DNA of 63,878 nucleotides, filler included, from Porpidia crustulata (Eukaryota), in the NCBI GenBank assembly GCA_964255105.1. It is 3 parts of 3 records of this genome, joined end to end, with 100 filler letters (N's around TTAATTAATTAA, not from the genome) between each part and the next. Parts side by side here need not be neighbours in the genome. Positions count along the whole stretch, not along the records: positions 21,721 to 43,245 come from CAXUWE010000102.1; 2 more parts are not named here. The stretch is one strand, 5' to 3'. This document shows, piece after piece, positions 23,723 to 36,470 of this stretch. Position 1 is the stretch's first letter. Every line of letters begins with the position of its first letter. Both the position numbers and the translations under genes were made by a program. The notes below the pieces were generated by a model. It ran no database searches. It saw only the letters and a program-made list of their open reading frames with translations, and was not told the DNA's origin.

Positions 23723-25968
23723 CTAAACTAGCACACCCTCCTCATGCTCAGGCTTTTCGACCACGACCTTTCCCAAGATAAGGGGAACGGAAGATTCTCT
23801 GGTCCGAGCTTCAGACTCTTTAAAATGTGCGATGATATCATTCTTCAGGAACGTCGCGTTCTCCATCGCCCATTCCTGCAAGTTCCGCAAATGCTTGCGG
23901 GAAAGGGTGAAGCTTTCGTGATTCAATAGGAAATTGTCGCTAAAGATCGGACAGTGGTGGTAGACGGTCTGGCCCAAGGCATGGTTTGGCGCCATTGCTA
24001 AATGCACATTGCGAAAGACTTTGATCTCCTCTATTTCTTGGGCAATAAACTTTTCCTTAGAACCGCCCGGATCAGGAAGGTCAAGAGCGGCAGCGGTCGA
24101 TGGTACGGCACTCTGATTAAGCCATACCTCGAGGGGAGAAGCACCACTATTCCAATCCATGGCAGTAACGGCCTCATAATTGAAAGCCTTGCGTTCTCTC
24201 CTTTTACGAACCTTGGCTGGACGGTCAACTGCGGCCTCAAATTCTGATGCGTTTCGCTTAGGGGGCAGATTAGCCAACTGCGCAGATTCATCAATGTCAA
24301 CCTCATCCGGTGGTTTTGGCCTGCTGCCATAGAGTCGCAAGTCCTCTTCAGCCTGTTGGCGGGCAATGTCCTCCTCTGAGATAACGACGCGGCTGAAAAC
24401 ATCTTCCACGCCGTTTGAGGTGGGGAAGAATTTGAGATGGCATGTCCCACTATTTCTATTCAGCTTTGACGATTAGAACGGGGTAACGGACTCGTACCAG
24501 GTCAGTTGACTTGAGGCTCCACGTTCTGTCATTCCAACGCCTGTACAATCTGGTCGGGGACAATGTCCAGGTTTCCCCTGGAGATGAGATATAATCATCG
24601 ACATTGTCAATATTGCACCTTGGGAGATGGAACGGCTCCAATACTCTTTCTTCACGATCGCCCTTTGGTTTCTCAAGTCGATGATATGAAAATGACCATC
24701 CAAGATCTTGTTTTCCCCAGGCTTGTCCTTAAATTGAGCGCGAAGGAACCCCTCAAACGGCTGACTGAACGGGTCAGTGACTGAAAAAGTGGTTGATGGT
24801 CAGGTTTAACAGTACGCGTGCCTCCCAGTGACAGAAGTACTCATAAGGCAACTCCTACGCAGATTTCGGATTCAGCGTCGCCTTTCCAAGAGAGTTTGGG
24901 AGTAGTGTGATATGTCACACCGGAGAATAAGGAGCAAGGGAATGTCTTGGCCCCCGAAAAGTGTCTCGCGGCTCAGAAATCCGCCTCGATTGGGGAAGAA
25001 TAAATCCGAAATGTACGTACCCTGTATTCCCCTAATGCGTTTGTGAATTGGATATTCGAGCTGTGTAAAGAAGAGGGCGAATGTGCAAGACGCTCCTGTA
25101 TTTGCAGAACAGCTTGATACGTACGCCAATTAGCTTGCATGATGGTATAAAGAAGGTCACGGATCTCCCGTGGAAAAGTGCCGACGAAAGCCATGACCTG
25201 CTCCGCTAGATTTCGTAGACTCATCACTGAAGCGTGTGTTGCATCGCTTTCGGATGAGATAGCGTCCATTTTTGCCTGGGAGGTTGCCTCTACACCCTCC
25301 ATTCGGTCCTCGATATGTTCTACCGTACCATGGACTTGATGCAGTGCAGCCCGCTGCCTAGCAATCTTCGATATCAAGTCTCCATGGTTCCGTTTTACTC
25401 TTACGTTCATCAGCGAAATGGTTTGCCTGTCGAGCATGTATAAGCCGTCTGCTACACACAGGAATTGAATAACCACCGTCCTCACGAGGAGTGTGTAGCA
25501 AGCAGTAAGTTAATATTGATCAACTTCGCTGCCACCAGAGCCCTGAGCTTTTCCACTTCCTGGCCAAAAGAGACCGCCCATCTTGTCTTACGACCAGCGC
25601 TGCGAAAAGACGTTCGATCTGTCCAAGGTCCCAGCGAGGATTCGTATCTCTCAAGCTTCTTCATAAAGTCTCGGAGAGGTGACTGGCAAATAAGGGCCAT
25701 GCTCCGAATAGCGTTTACATGGCTGGTATTATCCTCGGTAGGTTCCAGAGCCTCCAGATGCTGGAGAGCATGTTTAAGACCCTTGAGCTCTATCACAGCG
25801 TCCTGGTGTTCCGCAGATGCACCATCCGTCTCTTTCAGCGCCTTACTAATCTTTCTAATCAGATCAGTAAACAGATAAGCATGAGTCAAATATCTTTACA
25901 TAAAGCTATGTCCACTCACTAATCGCACTGACGAAGTCACCAACGGAGAAGCCAAATGCCGGCGTCAT
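23723..25968 (-). CDS. Fungal HeLo-like/SesA N-terminal domain protein with ubiquitin-like domain; multi-exon
   Basis: MTPAFGFSVGDFVSAI, then an intron, then LIRKISKALKETDGASAEHQ...LKHAL...SLG...RW (HeLo-like/SesA N-terminus). Then IQFTNALG...LPYEY...FEGFLRAQFKDKPG...W..SI..GA.LTMSMII (fungal ubiquitin-like domain), a CP.C knuckle and FRNVHL. Assembled from ORFs 25482-25889, 24973-25485, 24473-24703 and 23723-24409. Confidence 0.7.
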
Positions 25969-26265
25969 CTCCAAGTAGACCTCTTAAAGGGCCGACGCAT
26001 GGTTAACGGTCTCAATAAATGACCAAAGTCACTTGCGAAGTAAGCAATGGTATTTCTAGGGATGTCACCGCTTCAAGCCTGAATTCTGTAGCGCAAGGCT
26101 GCGCAGCAGAGTAGTTTGGTCCAGCCCAATTATCGACCCTACTGATTGTAGCATTGGTCATTCATCAGGCTGCCCGGAGTAGGGAAAATATCTGGGGGGT
26201 TATTGGCTTTACGAGGACTCATCCGTTAAATTTACATATTGGAGCTGATAGTATGATGAGTTGAG

Positions 26266-26395
26266 TAGGCCCTCAGTCGATTACACCCCTCAATCGAACA
26301 CGGTACCTAGGGTTAGGACTCAAAAACAACGGACCCTTACCCTAGTCGCAATGTTCGATTGAGGGGTGTAATCGACTGAGGGGTGGTTACGAGTG
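26266..26395. mobile_element. Mini-element B: hairpin with perfect 31-bp inverted repeat and telomeric core
   Basis: CCCTCAGTCGATTACACCCCTCAATCGAACA (26270-26300) and its exact reverse complement (26352-26382). Inner CTAGGGTTAGG faces CCTTACCCTAG. Right end is CTGAGGGGTGGTTACGAGTG. Confidence 0.75.
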
Positions 26396-26702
26396 CCCTT
26401 AGTAATGAAGCGGCAACGTCCGCGCGTAGGGTTGGGCGATGTTCAATCAATTGAAGAAATTCTCCATCCTGATTATAACTCATATGATGTTACATGTTTT
26501 ATCTGCGTTTTTGATCAAGCTGGCTGATTGGTTACTTACATGATTAAATAGCATACTCTAAATAACAGACCTAGACAAGGCCTACGCCCGAGCTTTTGGG
26601 CGAGCTAGAGGCAGATTTCCGGCGATATATGCCTATCGTATCGTACTCTATCTGTCACCGAACTCCAGCTGTTTCCTGAGTCCATAGCCCGTGCCATGAG
26701 CC

Positions 26703-26984
26703 ATGCCATCGAAGTGTGAACGCGCGATCGTCTTTCAATATGTGGATTTCAATATGCCTGCTCTTTGCCGTTGGGTAAGCAAGCTACGCGGAGGGCAGCG
26801 TGGCTTTGGCGGCACTTCTCAGGTACCAGTATATGGTAGCTTCACTAGGGGCTCCATTCCCTGCGATACGACTGCATCAGAACGGTTTGTATTGATGATC
26901 GAATTACTTTTTGATAATGGAGCTCGCGCTAGGGTTCTAATATGGGCAAACCTGCTCTGGACCTGGCCGAGAAAAATGGTGTAA
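26703..26984 (+). pseudogene. Possible N-terminal fragment of an APH/phosphotransferase-like protein
   Basis: V.FN..ALC..VSKLRGG...GSF.....L.FDNG..ARV resembles the start of fungal phosphotransferase-family kinases. No continuation is visible. Confidence 0.3.
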
Positions 26985-27280
26985 TGGCTATGAACCATAT
27001 CATCCGCCCAACTATACAATTCTCTCCCGCCCTCTGCTCTACAATCTTCTCCTGCACATTCCTTGTCCGCACCCCTCTCCAGCAATAATATCATAATCCC
27101 CGCAAGACCCGCCTCCGCTGCAAAATGCAACACACATCCCCCCTACTCCTCCTTCCATACCATAGGACGAATCTCAAACCCGGACTCCTTCACATCCGCC
27201 CACCTCTCCAGTAATCTTAGCACGAGATCTTTCCTGCCTTTCTCCGGAGCCGTCCGCAAAACATCGCTGCCCGAATGACT
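26985..27280 (-). pseudogene. Ankyrin-repeat gene fragment
   Basis: GRKDLVLRLLERWADV...*GGCVLHFAAEAGLAGIMILLLERGADKE, with an internal stop. Confidence 0.5.
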
Positions 27281-28093
27281 ACGTGCATATACTTGAGGTC
27301 AAGCCTGGCTACGGTCAGGAAAATCCTGAATCTGGGGAATAGTTATAACGCCATACTGATAGACTAAGAAATTTTCCAAACGACAAGAAAAAGCTTTCAA
27401 ATAGTGGATTGGGCATATGTATATCGATGTTTATCTTATTTATCTTTGCAGTAGCTCAAGCAACCAAGGTGGATGATAAGATCCTTTAAAAAACAGAGTT
27501 GTAAAAACAACACCGTGGCAGGGTTTTAGCAGACTTCCATAGGAACGGATATGATGTAAACGTCAAACTCCTCGTACAATTTCATCGAAGGCGTTCCTTC
27601 AGTCCTACTACTACGTAATTTGAGCAAGTGCTACCAGCCCAAAGTGCAAGTACTTTGGAGATGGATGCTTCTTGAAAATGGTTCGACATCCACAATGAGA
27701 ACACTTTATTCAAATCTCAAGGCGTGAGCATGTCCTCGGCATTTTAGAGAACTACTTTACATGCCACCGTATATCAGAAAATGGTGTCTTACTGTATTAT
27801 GGAGACGATGCCGAGTTATGGATCACATCTGGCTTAATTAAATTCATAAGGCTGGGTAAGGTCAGCAGTTTAAGCGATCAATGAGAAGTAGGCAAAGAGC
27901 TTGAGGCTCAACAGTCGAGAAGAAGATACTCCATAGAGGCCGAATGATGGTTCCTTTGGATAACGAGCATGATGCGAGTTAAACGGATCAGTTTAAGCTT
28001 GAATTACGGAAGGTTTTGTTAGTCAATACTGATTTAATGTATGCAACCAGAACTTAAGATTGTTATTTTTCTGGAAGCGGGCAAGACCACTTT

Positions 28094-28210
28094 AGAGGGA
28101 GCACGAAGGAGCACTGAAGGAGCACGAGTGAGTAAAAACGGAGCTTAGGGGAGTACGGAGGGAGTATAGGGGAGCATAGAGGGAGCAGAGAGAGAGCAAG
28201 GGGAGGAGGA
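28094..28210. repeat. Degenerate purine-rich ~11-bp minisatellite (GAGGGAGCAC-like)
   Basis: About 10 diverged units, e.g. GAGGGAGCAC GAAGGAGCAC TGAAGGAGCAC ... GGGGAGTAC GGAGGGAGTAT AGGGGAGCAT AGAGGGAGCA. Confidence 0.6.
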
Positions 28211-28470
28211 CCAAACGAACTTTAGCGCGCGAGTAAAGCGGCGGCATCTTAGCCGGCAAGTAGTCTCGTGTTGATCTCAATTTGGTATGATGTATGTGTA
28301 TAAATACTAGTTATAAATGAGTGTATGGAATGCTGAGTTTTGGTTCAGCTCATCTTGGAAAATTATAATATACTTGCGTAGCGCTTCACACGCTTTGCTT
28401 TGCTTTGACTGAATCTTTCGGTCATCCGACGAGGTATATGCAGCATTACGACCGCGGCAAGACAGGAGTC

Positions 28471-29559
28471 TCACTTTGGAGGTTGCACTTGCAACGCGGG
28501 TCCCAAGATATCGTAATCGATCCGAAGACTCTCGATCATCTTGTATGCGTTTTCCCACCCAAAAGCATCCATTCCCGCCAAGCGTCCGTTCCACTTCTTA
28601 TTGGTCTCTTCGGCGCACATGTCGGTGGCGACTTTGAGGTAGGTCTTGAAGAATGCCCATCCGTTCGCGGGGTTGGCGGCGGAAACAGGGCCTAGAGCTT
28701 GCGTGACGTTGAAGCCGCCGTTAATGGCCTTTGAGCAGGCGGTGAAGAGGTCCAACATGTATTGTTTTTGTGTCTCAACGTCCTTGCGGTTACCATAGCG
28801 GTTCATATGGCCTCCGACGTATATCTTGAAGTCGTATGCGAGGATCTGATCGTGAGCTTTGATCCAGCCCGGGATATCATCTGATTGGGCGAGCTCCGAG
28901 AATGGGGCCCAGCCGGGAAAGACAACGTCAACGAGCATCAGGACTTTCGCACTGGGGGCGAAGATATAGATGTTGCCGGGCTGATGATTCGCGCCTTTAT
29001 AGGATAGTTGGAGGGTTTGATTGCCGACGCGAAGACGCTTTTCCTTGTCAAAGATTTCGTTTGGAAGCGGGCGCAAAGGATCCGCACTCGGGATGTTCTT
29101 AATATTGTTGTAGGTCTCAATCTGAGCGATGTATTTCTTGACCGTACCATTGAAGATAAACGCTCCTCCTACATGGTCCGCGTGAGCGTGGCTGTAAATG
29201 AAGTGCGTTACAGGTTTATTGGTGACACTCGTAATAGCCGCTTTGAGCTTGTAACCGAGTGTAGGAGGGCAGTCGACAAGTATCACTCCTTGAGTGCTGA
29301 CAAGGAACAAAGACTGGTAGCCCCCATCTGTAACGAAGTATGTACCATACCCGAGGTCTTCAAGGTAGTAGCCGGTCTGGGCGCTGATCGTAAATCCCAC
29401 AGCCTCATTAGGGACAGGGAGGTATTTGAGATTGTCTGAGTCCGGCCCATAATAAACATTTGCTAGATCTCGGTGCTCATTATCATGATGAGGATGAGCT
29501 TCGATGGCAACAGACCATGCAAGAGCTGCAAGAGAAAGCAGAGCAATGTGGACACGCAT
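28471..29559 (-). CDS. Secreted metallo-beta-lactamase-fold hydrolase, 362 aa, intronless
   Basis: Signal peptide MRVHIALLSLAALAWSVA; motifs VILVDCPP, SHAHADH (HxHxDH), NHQPGN, VDVVFPG and GGH. Confidence 0.88.
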   Translation of the reverse strand: MRVHIALLSLAALAWSVAIEAHPHHDNEHRDLANVYYGPDSDNLKYLPVPNEAVGFTISAQTGYYLEDLGYGTYFVTDGGYQSLFLVSTQGVILVDCPPTLGYKLKAAITSVTNKPVTHFIYSHAHADHVGGAFIFNGTVKKYIAQIETYNNIKNIPSADPLRPLPNEIFDKEKRLRVGNQTLQLSYKGANHQPGNIYIFAPSAKVLMLVDVVFPGWAPFSELAQSDDIPGWIKAHDQILAYDFKIYVGGHMNRYGNRKDVETQKQYMLDLFTACSKAINGGFNVTQALGPVSAANPANGWAFFKTYLKVATDMCAEETNKKWNGRLAGMDAFGWENAYKMIESLRIDYDILGPALQVQPPK

Positions 29560-30563
29560 TTCCGGTTTTTGAGGATATGATAGAGATTGAAAATGTCATA
29601 GAATGATCAAACACTGCGCAAAGGAGAAATTGGAGCACGCGCCGCGATGTTTTATAGATCTCCATCTTTTTCACACTTGCCGCCCCGCGAAGACATTTGC
29701 TGACAGGGACTCGGACGCGTATGCAGTCCGTATAGTAACAGCTTGAGAATACTGCCTACATCATAATGTTCATGTAATACTCTTGTCAGCTTGTCAATCT
29801 CCTGATGTCGTCCACACTACTGAGGCTATAGTCGAAGATCTAGAGTTTGATGAAGTTAATGGCAAGCCAATCTACCTTAGTGTACCTCGCCGGCGCTCGC
29901 CATTTCGCCAACCCCATTTAGGTCTCAGTACGTCAGGCCGAAGGCTGAACCAATGAAATTCCTAAAGATAGCAAAACGCCGAACGACCGATGCTGACAGA
30001 GCAGAAATGGTACGAAGCTTGGTAATCTATAATCAATACCACCTACGTAATAGAATATTACGGACCTCACCACTATGCACTCTGTAATTAAGCATCACCT
30101 CGATCCACTGCTTGTCTAGAGAGGAGCATATGGGTGAGCAGCAAAGCCTAGCGCTCGTCCGATCTCAATAATGATGCGTACGATAGGTCGGACCTCCGTG
30201 ATCCAGATTTGGATTCAACCTTCTACTACCGAACTAAGTCTTGTATCAAGATTGTAATGGGTATCGTATCGAAACATGAGAACTCTGATCATCCATACCA
30301 AAGGAGGGAGATGGATATGACCATGAGTCTTGCGAAAATTCCTCTACATAATTGTGACTATATAATCTATTATTCCTGTAGCAAGTGGTAGAGACATCGA
30401 CCAGCTTATGGGCCGCCTGCTATTGCTTGGGAAAAAGCGAGAATGCAAAGCAGGAACTCAACGATAAGAACCTTTCAATATCTAATGAGAACGAAGGAAG
30501 TTATCACCAATAAGCAAAAATAGCAAGCAAATCCTATCTCGTAATAGCAATCATTAGTCTCAT

Positions 30564-31799
30564 TTATCCCCCAAGCTGTTGCACTATGTGTGATGCGATG
30601 AGATTGTGTATTGGATACGTTGGATGGAGGTCGTTCAGCCACATGTACTGATCCACAGGAATACCACATGTGGGATCAAAATAGCTCATAGTCGGCGTAC
30701 CACTGTAAATTCACTTAGCTAGTAGAGCCATGTGAAGGAAGGCAGTAATCGTACCCTTGGTATGCAGCACAGTAATCCGTGGTGTTGTGATAACTCGACG
30801 TCTGCTGGAACCATGACGGATTGTCCAACACTAAGGAGAATAGCCAGTTTGTATCAAAATAGAATGATGTGGTATCTGGGTAATGAGTGCTCAAGTTATA
30901 GACCAGTGCTCCAAGCCGAAAGTTGAACTCTCCAATATATCCCGCCATAGAGGTTTGAGTGGATGTGCTCTGAGCAAGCGTACCAGGGGAACGGTCAATA
31001 GGTGGAACGTTGAGAAAGACGAAGTTACGAGCACCTGACGCGTATAACTGATGACTTCATTAGCACAACCCGTCGGCCGGTGCACTACTTTGCACAAGAC
31101 TAACAGAGTGGACCAAATTTTCGTAACTCTTAACCAGATCGTAGTTAAGGCTGGAATTTTGCTCGCTATAGGAACGTATCACGTCGTTGATTCCAAAGAA
31201 CATCGTGAAAAGGCTGTTCGCAGATGTCCACGGGACATTGACTCTATTAGAATACTTGGAGTCGAACTCGTTTGTGACCTGCTGCGCAAAGCTTTGCACA
31301 ATCAGTCCATAGGCCGATGGTACCAGATTTGGATCGATAGTAGCGCCACCGAAGCCAAAATTATACGTCTGGATGAAGCTCGCATTGTACGTTGTGGTCA
31401 GGAAGTCGACATAATTTGGGCCATTCGAGGACGTAGAACCAGGGTATGGCGGATTGCCAAGGGGGTTGCTAGAGGTTGGTTGCTCTCCACTAGTATCAAA
31501 ACTCGTGCTGGTATACGAATCGCCACTGCCATGGTGTCAGCTTCAGGTTCCCTCGCTTCAAAGTCTGTATCGTACAAAGAGAACAGGTACTGGACATTGC
31601 GCCAACCATTCCACACCTTGCCAGATTGCCTCGGCGCCAGCCATGTCGACGAAGAACGCCAGTGATCCGGTTTGTTTGTAAAATTACTGGGAATTACGGG
31701 TGGAGGAAAACATCCAGGTTGGGTTTGGCCATCAGGAAAGCCGTGAGCATGACTAGCAAAGAGAAGGACTGCCAATGCAACGGGTGGAACGAACGACAT
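30564..31799 (-). CDS. Secreted GDSL/SGNH esterase (CE16 acetylesterase-like); multi-exon
   Basis: Signal peptide MSFVPPVALAVLLFASHAHG. LFS(F), an intron, then GDSYT; NGPNYVDFL; NFGFGGATID; FFGINDV; C-terminal YMWLNDLHP...QQLGG*. Confidence 0.85.
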
Positions 31800-33423
31800 A
31801 CTAGTGTCGCAAAATTGTTGTGTATTAAAAGTAGCCTTGCAATGGTTTGAAGGTATAGAGCAGCAGCTGGAATATTTGACAGTGAGGATAGGGCACAAGA
31901 ACTATATGCGACGGGGCGTATTGTTATATTGTCCGCTATGGAGAAAGAAAGGACTTGCCCTATGTAGGAATTACATTCAGACAGTGGCCACACTGGCCTC
32001 CTCGAGGCCAACACCCACTTACTGCTAATCCATCATGTGGGATGTCTTGAGAATTTAGATCTAAGAACATTTCGAAGTGTGACAATACGTGTTACATGAC
32101 ATATTTCTTTAATGTAGTCGTGACATCAGTACTGTGCATCTAAGTATCCCATAGCTAGGCGTCAATCATTCGCTTTAAGGACTCATACCACGGAAGCACA
32201 ATAACAGCAATCCTAGATTTCGTATCCGGAACTTCACTTTGCAACTTTGGCTTGAGCAAATGAGACAGTAGAAAGTTATAAGAGAATTTCTAAATAGAAG
32301 AAAAGGACTGCAGTAAAGTTGTCTACCAAAGAAAATGAGATCTGATGGAGCACAACGATCATGATCCAGCTGCTACCCGGAATCGCAGCGGCTGCTTACG
32401 TTCGTTATTAGTACTCTTCGATTTGCTGTTTCAGGTCTCCAGCGCTGTCCCAAATCGCCCACGCAAATTGTGTCCTGGTGCAAGAAGACCAGCGGAAAGC
32501 TGCAGATTTTAAGAGCATCCTTCGTGACACCTTCAACGGCAATTTCGCAATGAACAGATTTCACAACTATCGCCACCGCTTGCAGTTGAAGGGCCAATGG
32601 GTGTCTGTTTCACAAAATTAGCGGCATCAACGTGGCAGCTTCACAGGCTCTCACTACTCACAACCTGATACAACCGCGGCAGACTCAAGGTATGTCGATG
32701 GTGCACTGCTTCCGTGGGACTTTGCGATATTCTACCGTGCCCGCCAGAATTGAGTCCTTAAATTGACTTTAATGCCCTAAGTATTGCTGCGCCTGATGGC
32801 TCATCAGGTCATCCACTGATCTTCCTAACGGAGTCCCGAACTCGGGCTTCGAGTAAGATTGTTCACGCATATTGTTTGGCTCGAGGTGGTCGTTTCGCTA
32901 CAAGTAGCGGCACATAGATGGAGCGAAGCACTATGTGCGTGAGTCTGACTGTAGAGAGATTTCCAAGTGTGAATCAATCTTGAGAATAGCACTTTGCATA
33001 CGTTTGGTAGTTCTTATGTGCTGGCTCTCAAATGCCAGTCATAGCAACAAGTGTATTTTTGATCCTTAATCATTTGTAGCAAGTGCTGATTGCGAGCATC
33101 AGTCAACTTTGCAGCGGCCTTGATTAAACTATCAGTAGTAAGGAGATTGACATATAGACAAGTAGCTCGCTTCAAGTATCAAGAGTTTTGATCTGTCGTA
33201 TAAATCCGAGGCGTGGGTCCTACGCGCAGCTCTCTTAGATGATGTCGAAGACACACATTGACGCGGGATCCGCATCGTGGTCGGCTTTTAGGGCGATCTC
33301 AACCTTGTCTCAATCGGTCATTAGCACTTCTTCCACCATCGATCTACAGAAGGCTTTACGCGTCAGGAATGCCAGTAGTACCTGGATATCTGCATCAATA
33401 AAGTGGGATCTGACCGAGATATT

Positions 33424-35257
33424 ATGGATGTAGCATCAGCGCCATCAACGCCTGAGAACTCGGCATCCCCTCACGTGTTACGCCGTTCTTTTACCGCGCC
33501 CATTAGATCCACAGGCTTCACCAGGGTCACGGAGCCATTTCGTGAAACGGAAGGGGAAGGGGCAGAAATATTATTCATACACAATGCTGGCAGAATCGTA
33601 TCATTCACCACGTACCCAAGTGCAGTAAGACGTCATTCGAGTTTGGGATATGGGAGACTCAACCAACAAGAAGAGCCCGCTGGAACACTACCTTGGGCTT
33701 CTACAATAGAAAGGACGATTGCAGCAGGTAAAATACTCGATTGGCTTTTCATGGTTCAATTGTTGACTATTAATCCTAGGACCCTTAGAAATCTATCGAG
33801 TGCTTGGCTCCGTAGCATTTCTGCACTCAGGAGCAACTCTCCGGCCTATACTTGCCAAGTCGCAATGCTGGTGTGTCGATGGGGAATCGAAGTTTGTACT
33901 CCGTATCGTTCAGGACAACTACTACCGCATAGAGCTTCCGAATACATTGCCGGATGAAAAGAAAAAGGTCGAAGAGTTCAAGAAGGTTTTGGCCAAAATA
34001 CTGCAATACGAAGTCACGCCATGTCCATTTAAGAGAGGCTTCACTGTCGACCTACCAGACCCACCTCAGACTCCCATACAGAAGCGACCTTGGAGGCCAA
34101 AACAGCGAGTGCAGCCAGTGTTGGATCAAAAGCCTGAAAAGTCGGATTCGATCGAGCGTGTTTCCTTGAGAAGGTTGAAGGCGGAGAGTTCTAAAGCTAC
34201 AGGAAATGCCGACCTGAGCCTTGCGCCCAAGAGTGAAACTGAAACCGCACGAGATGACTGGGATGTGGACCTCGAGGTCAATGGTGCAGATACGACGGAT
34301 CATGAAGATGATACGGTCGCGGCGAACGCCTCGGATCTCGATACAGATAATCCCGCAGAGCATGACTTTGACGGTTTGGGCACACTCAAAACGCCAACGC
34401 GCCCTAGAACATTAAGGACTGGAAGAGCAATTACAGCACCTCCTCAATTGACGTTACAAACGACACCACCATCAAGCAATGCACTTAGTATATCGAATCC
34501 ACACGAACTAAAAACCAAGCCATCAAGTCTTTCATCCAGTGAAGACTCCTTCCACTCATTTCACAGTCCCATCTCCCCTCTACCACCTTCGCCGCCATAC
34601 TCCGATCCCCCATCTCCAACTCCAAGATCAGAGGACATACTCGATCTCCATATTCCACGACAACGTAGCCACACACGTGACACTTCAGAGCTCACTATCA
34701 CAGATGGTTCCAAGCTTTGGGATCTTACAAAAGCAGACCCGAGACAGGAAGACGCCTCTCCTTCGTCACCAATCCTCCCCAGAACACCGCCGCTCGTCAG
34801 TGACACCGCATCAGAAGACCACTGGTCAGAGCCAGTCACGCCACAACCTCCAACCGAGCTCCGCCGCCGCGGCAAAAGATTGACGCGTCGCTCCTTCTCT
34901 CCTCTACCGTCCCCTGTCAACCTTTATTCCCCACGGAACCGACTATCGGGCCACCACCTCACCACCGCAATCCTGCAAAAGACCTGTTCCATGCTCCTCG
35001 GCCCACCCGTCCAACTTGTCGCGCTGATGCTTAACATTGCCGCCAAAATCGCCAACGGCGTCCACCGGGGCGCATTGTTCGGCTACGGCGAGGTGGGCCA
35101 GAAAATCCCCTGCTCGTGGGATTTCAGCGACGCTGAACCCGACGACGAATCCGATGATGTGTGGGAGGAAGACGATTACGGCGTTTCACTCGGACATCTG
35201 CCGTCCTCGAAAGCTATGGCGGCCAAGGAAACCGGCGGGTCCTGGGAGATTGACTAA
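33424..35257 (+). CDS. INP1: Inheritance of peroxisomes protein 1-like (Inp1 domain); 2 exons
   Basis: GRIVSF...TLPWASTIERTIAA, intron 33728-33779, GPLEIYRVLGSVAFLHSG...PILAKSQCWCVDGESKFVLRI...YYRIELP, followed by a Pro/Ser-rich tail and EEDDYG...WEID. Confidence 0.82.
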
Positions 35258-36470
35258 GGCCCTTTGTTCAGATCTTGAACATATAATTTTCTTCAACAAA
35301 TGTATCATTTTTTTCCCATTGAGGAACCGCGATTTGGACCAGGGCAGGGCAGGACAGGCATGCCGTAACCGTAGGCGTGCAACACAAGCGGGACGCCCTG
35401 ATGATTACCTGATGCTATCCAGGAAAGCAGGTTGCAGGTTAGGCGTTTTGCGGGTTTCTATGTTTCAAAATCTCACAACAGATCAAGGCCGTCAAAGATC
35501 TCGCAGGCGGGTCAATTGAGTGAGCGGTGTACATTTAAACCTGTCGTGTATTGACACGTCTCTGCTTGGAAAAAATCATTCCTTCTTAACACTGTGAGCA
35601 AGAACCTTTGTAAGTATACCTGTCGACTCTTCCACCGTTCCTAAGCCTATTTTCCCTCCCGTCTCGTCTCGGTTGCAGGGACATCTGTCCTCCTTTTTCA
35701 TTGTAAACCTACACCGCTCGGTCGCTTATGCATTAGCAAAGGAGAAATTGGTTCTGTTGCGCTGCCTTGAAGTTTTGTATGTAGTCCCACACCGTCCCCC
35801 TGTTCCCCTCCCCTTTTCCCGCAAACTTGGCCAGTGGATCTGCACTTGATCTCATTGCTCACAGTCATCACATCATCATGAATGAGTCAGACTCCATGGC
35901 TTGAATCTGCATGTAGCTGAGACGAGAGTACGAGTGGGTGAGCTATCATGATAGGATTGGAGCAGGTGATGGGGATGTGATATGCAGACGCAGGTGAGCA
36001 GCTTCAAGCACGACTAATGACATGAGATGACCCGAAAACTAGCCGAAGATTAACCGACATGGCTGACCTTTGAACAAGTGAGGAGTTTTCTCTTCTCAAT
36101 CCACAACCCGACCTTGAGACTGCTTCCCGCCTCTGTGAATCTGATCGAAAATCGAGCCAGGCAGGTCTCCTTTGAAACCTCAAATTATTACTCTGTGCGC
36201 TTCGTTTTACAGATAAGAAAAAGCGATGCCAAAGCTTCGCTCAGTTGGTCTCCACACAAACCCTTCATTATATCGCCACATGTACCCAATCACACGCTCT
36301 CCTCTCCAATCCTCAGACCATTCTCATCCAATAAAACCTCGTCCCTCGACTCGTTCAAAGGAACATACCCGTCAACATATTCTCACCAGCTAATAATCCG
36401 TGAAACAACCGCCAACCCCACCAGTTCCCTCAAAACCCACCCAGTCAAACTCCATTCCCGCTCCCGCCCA

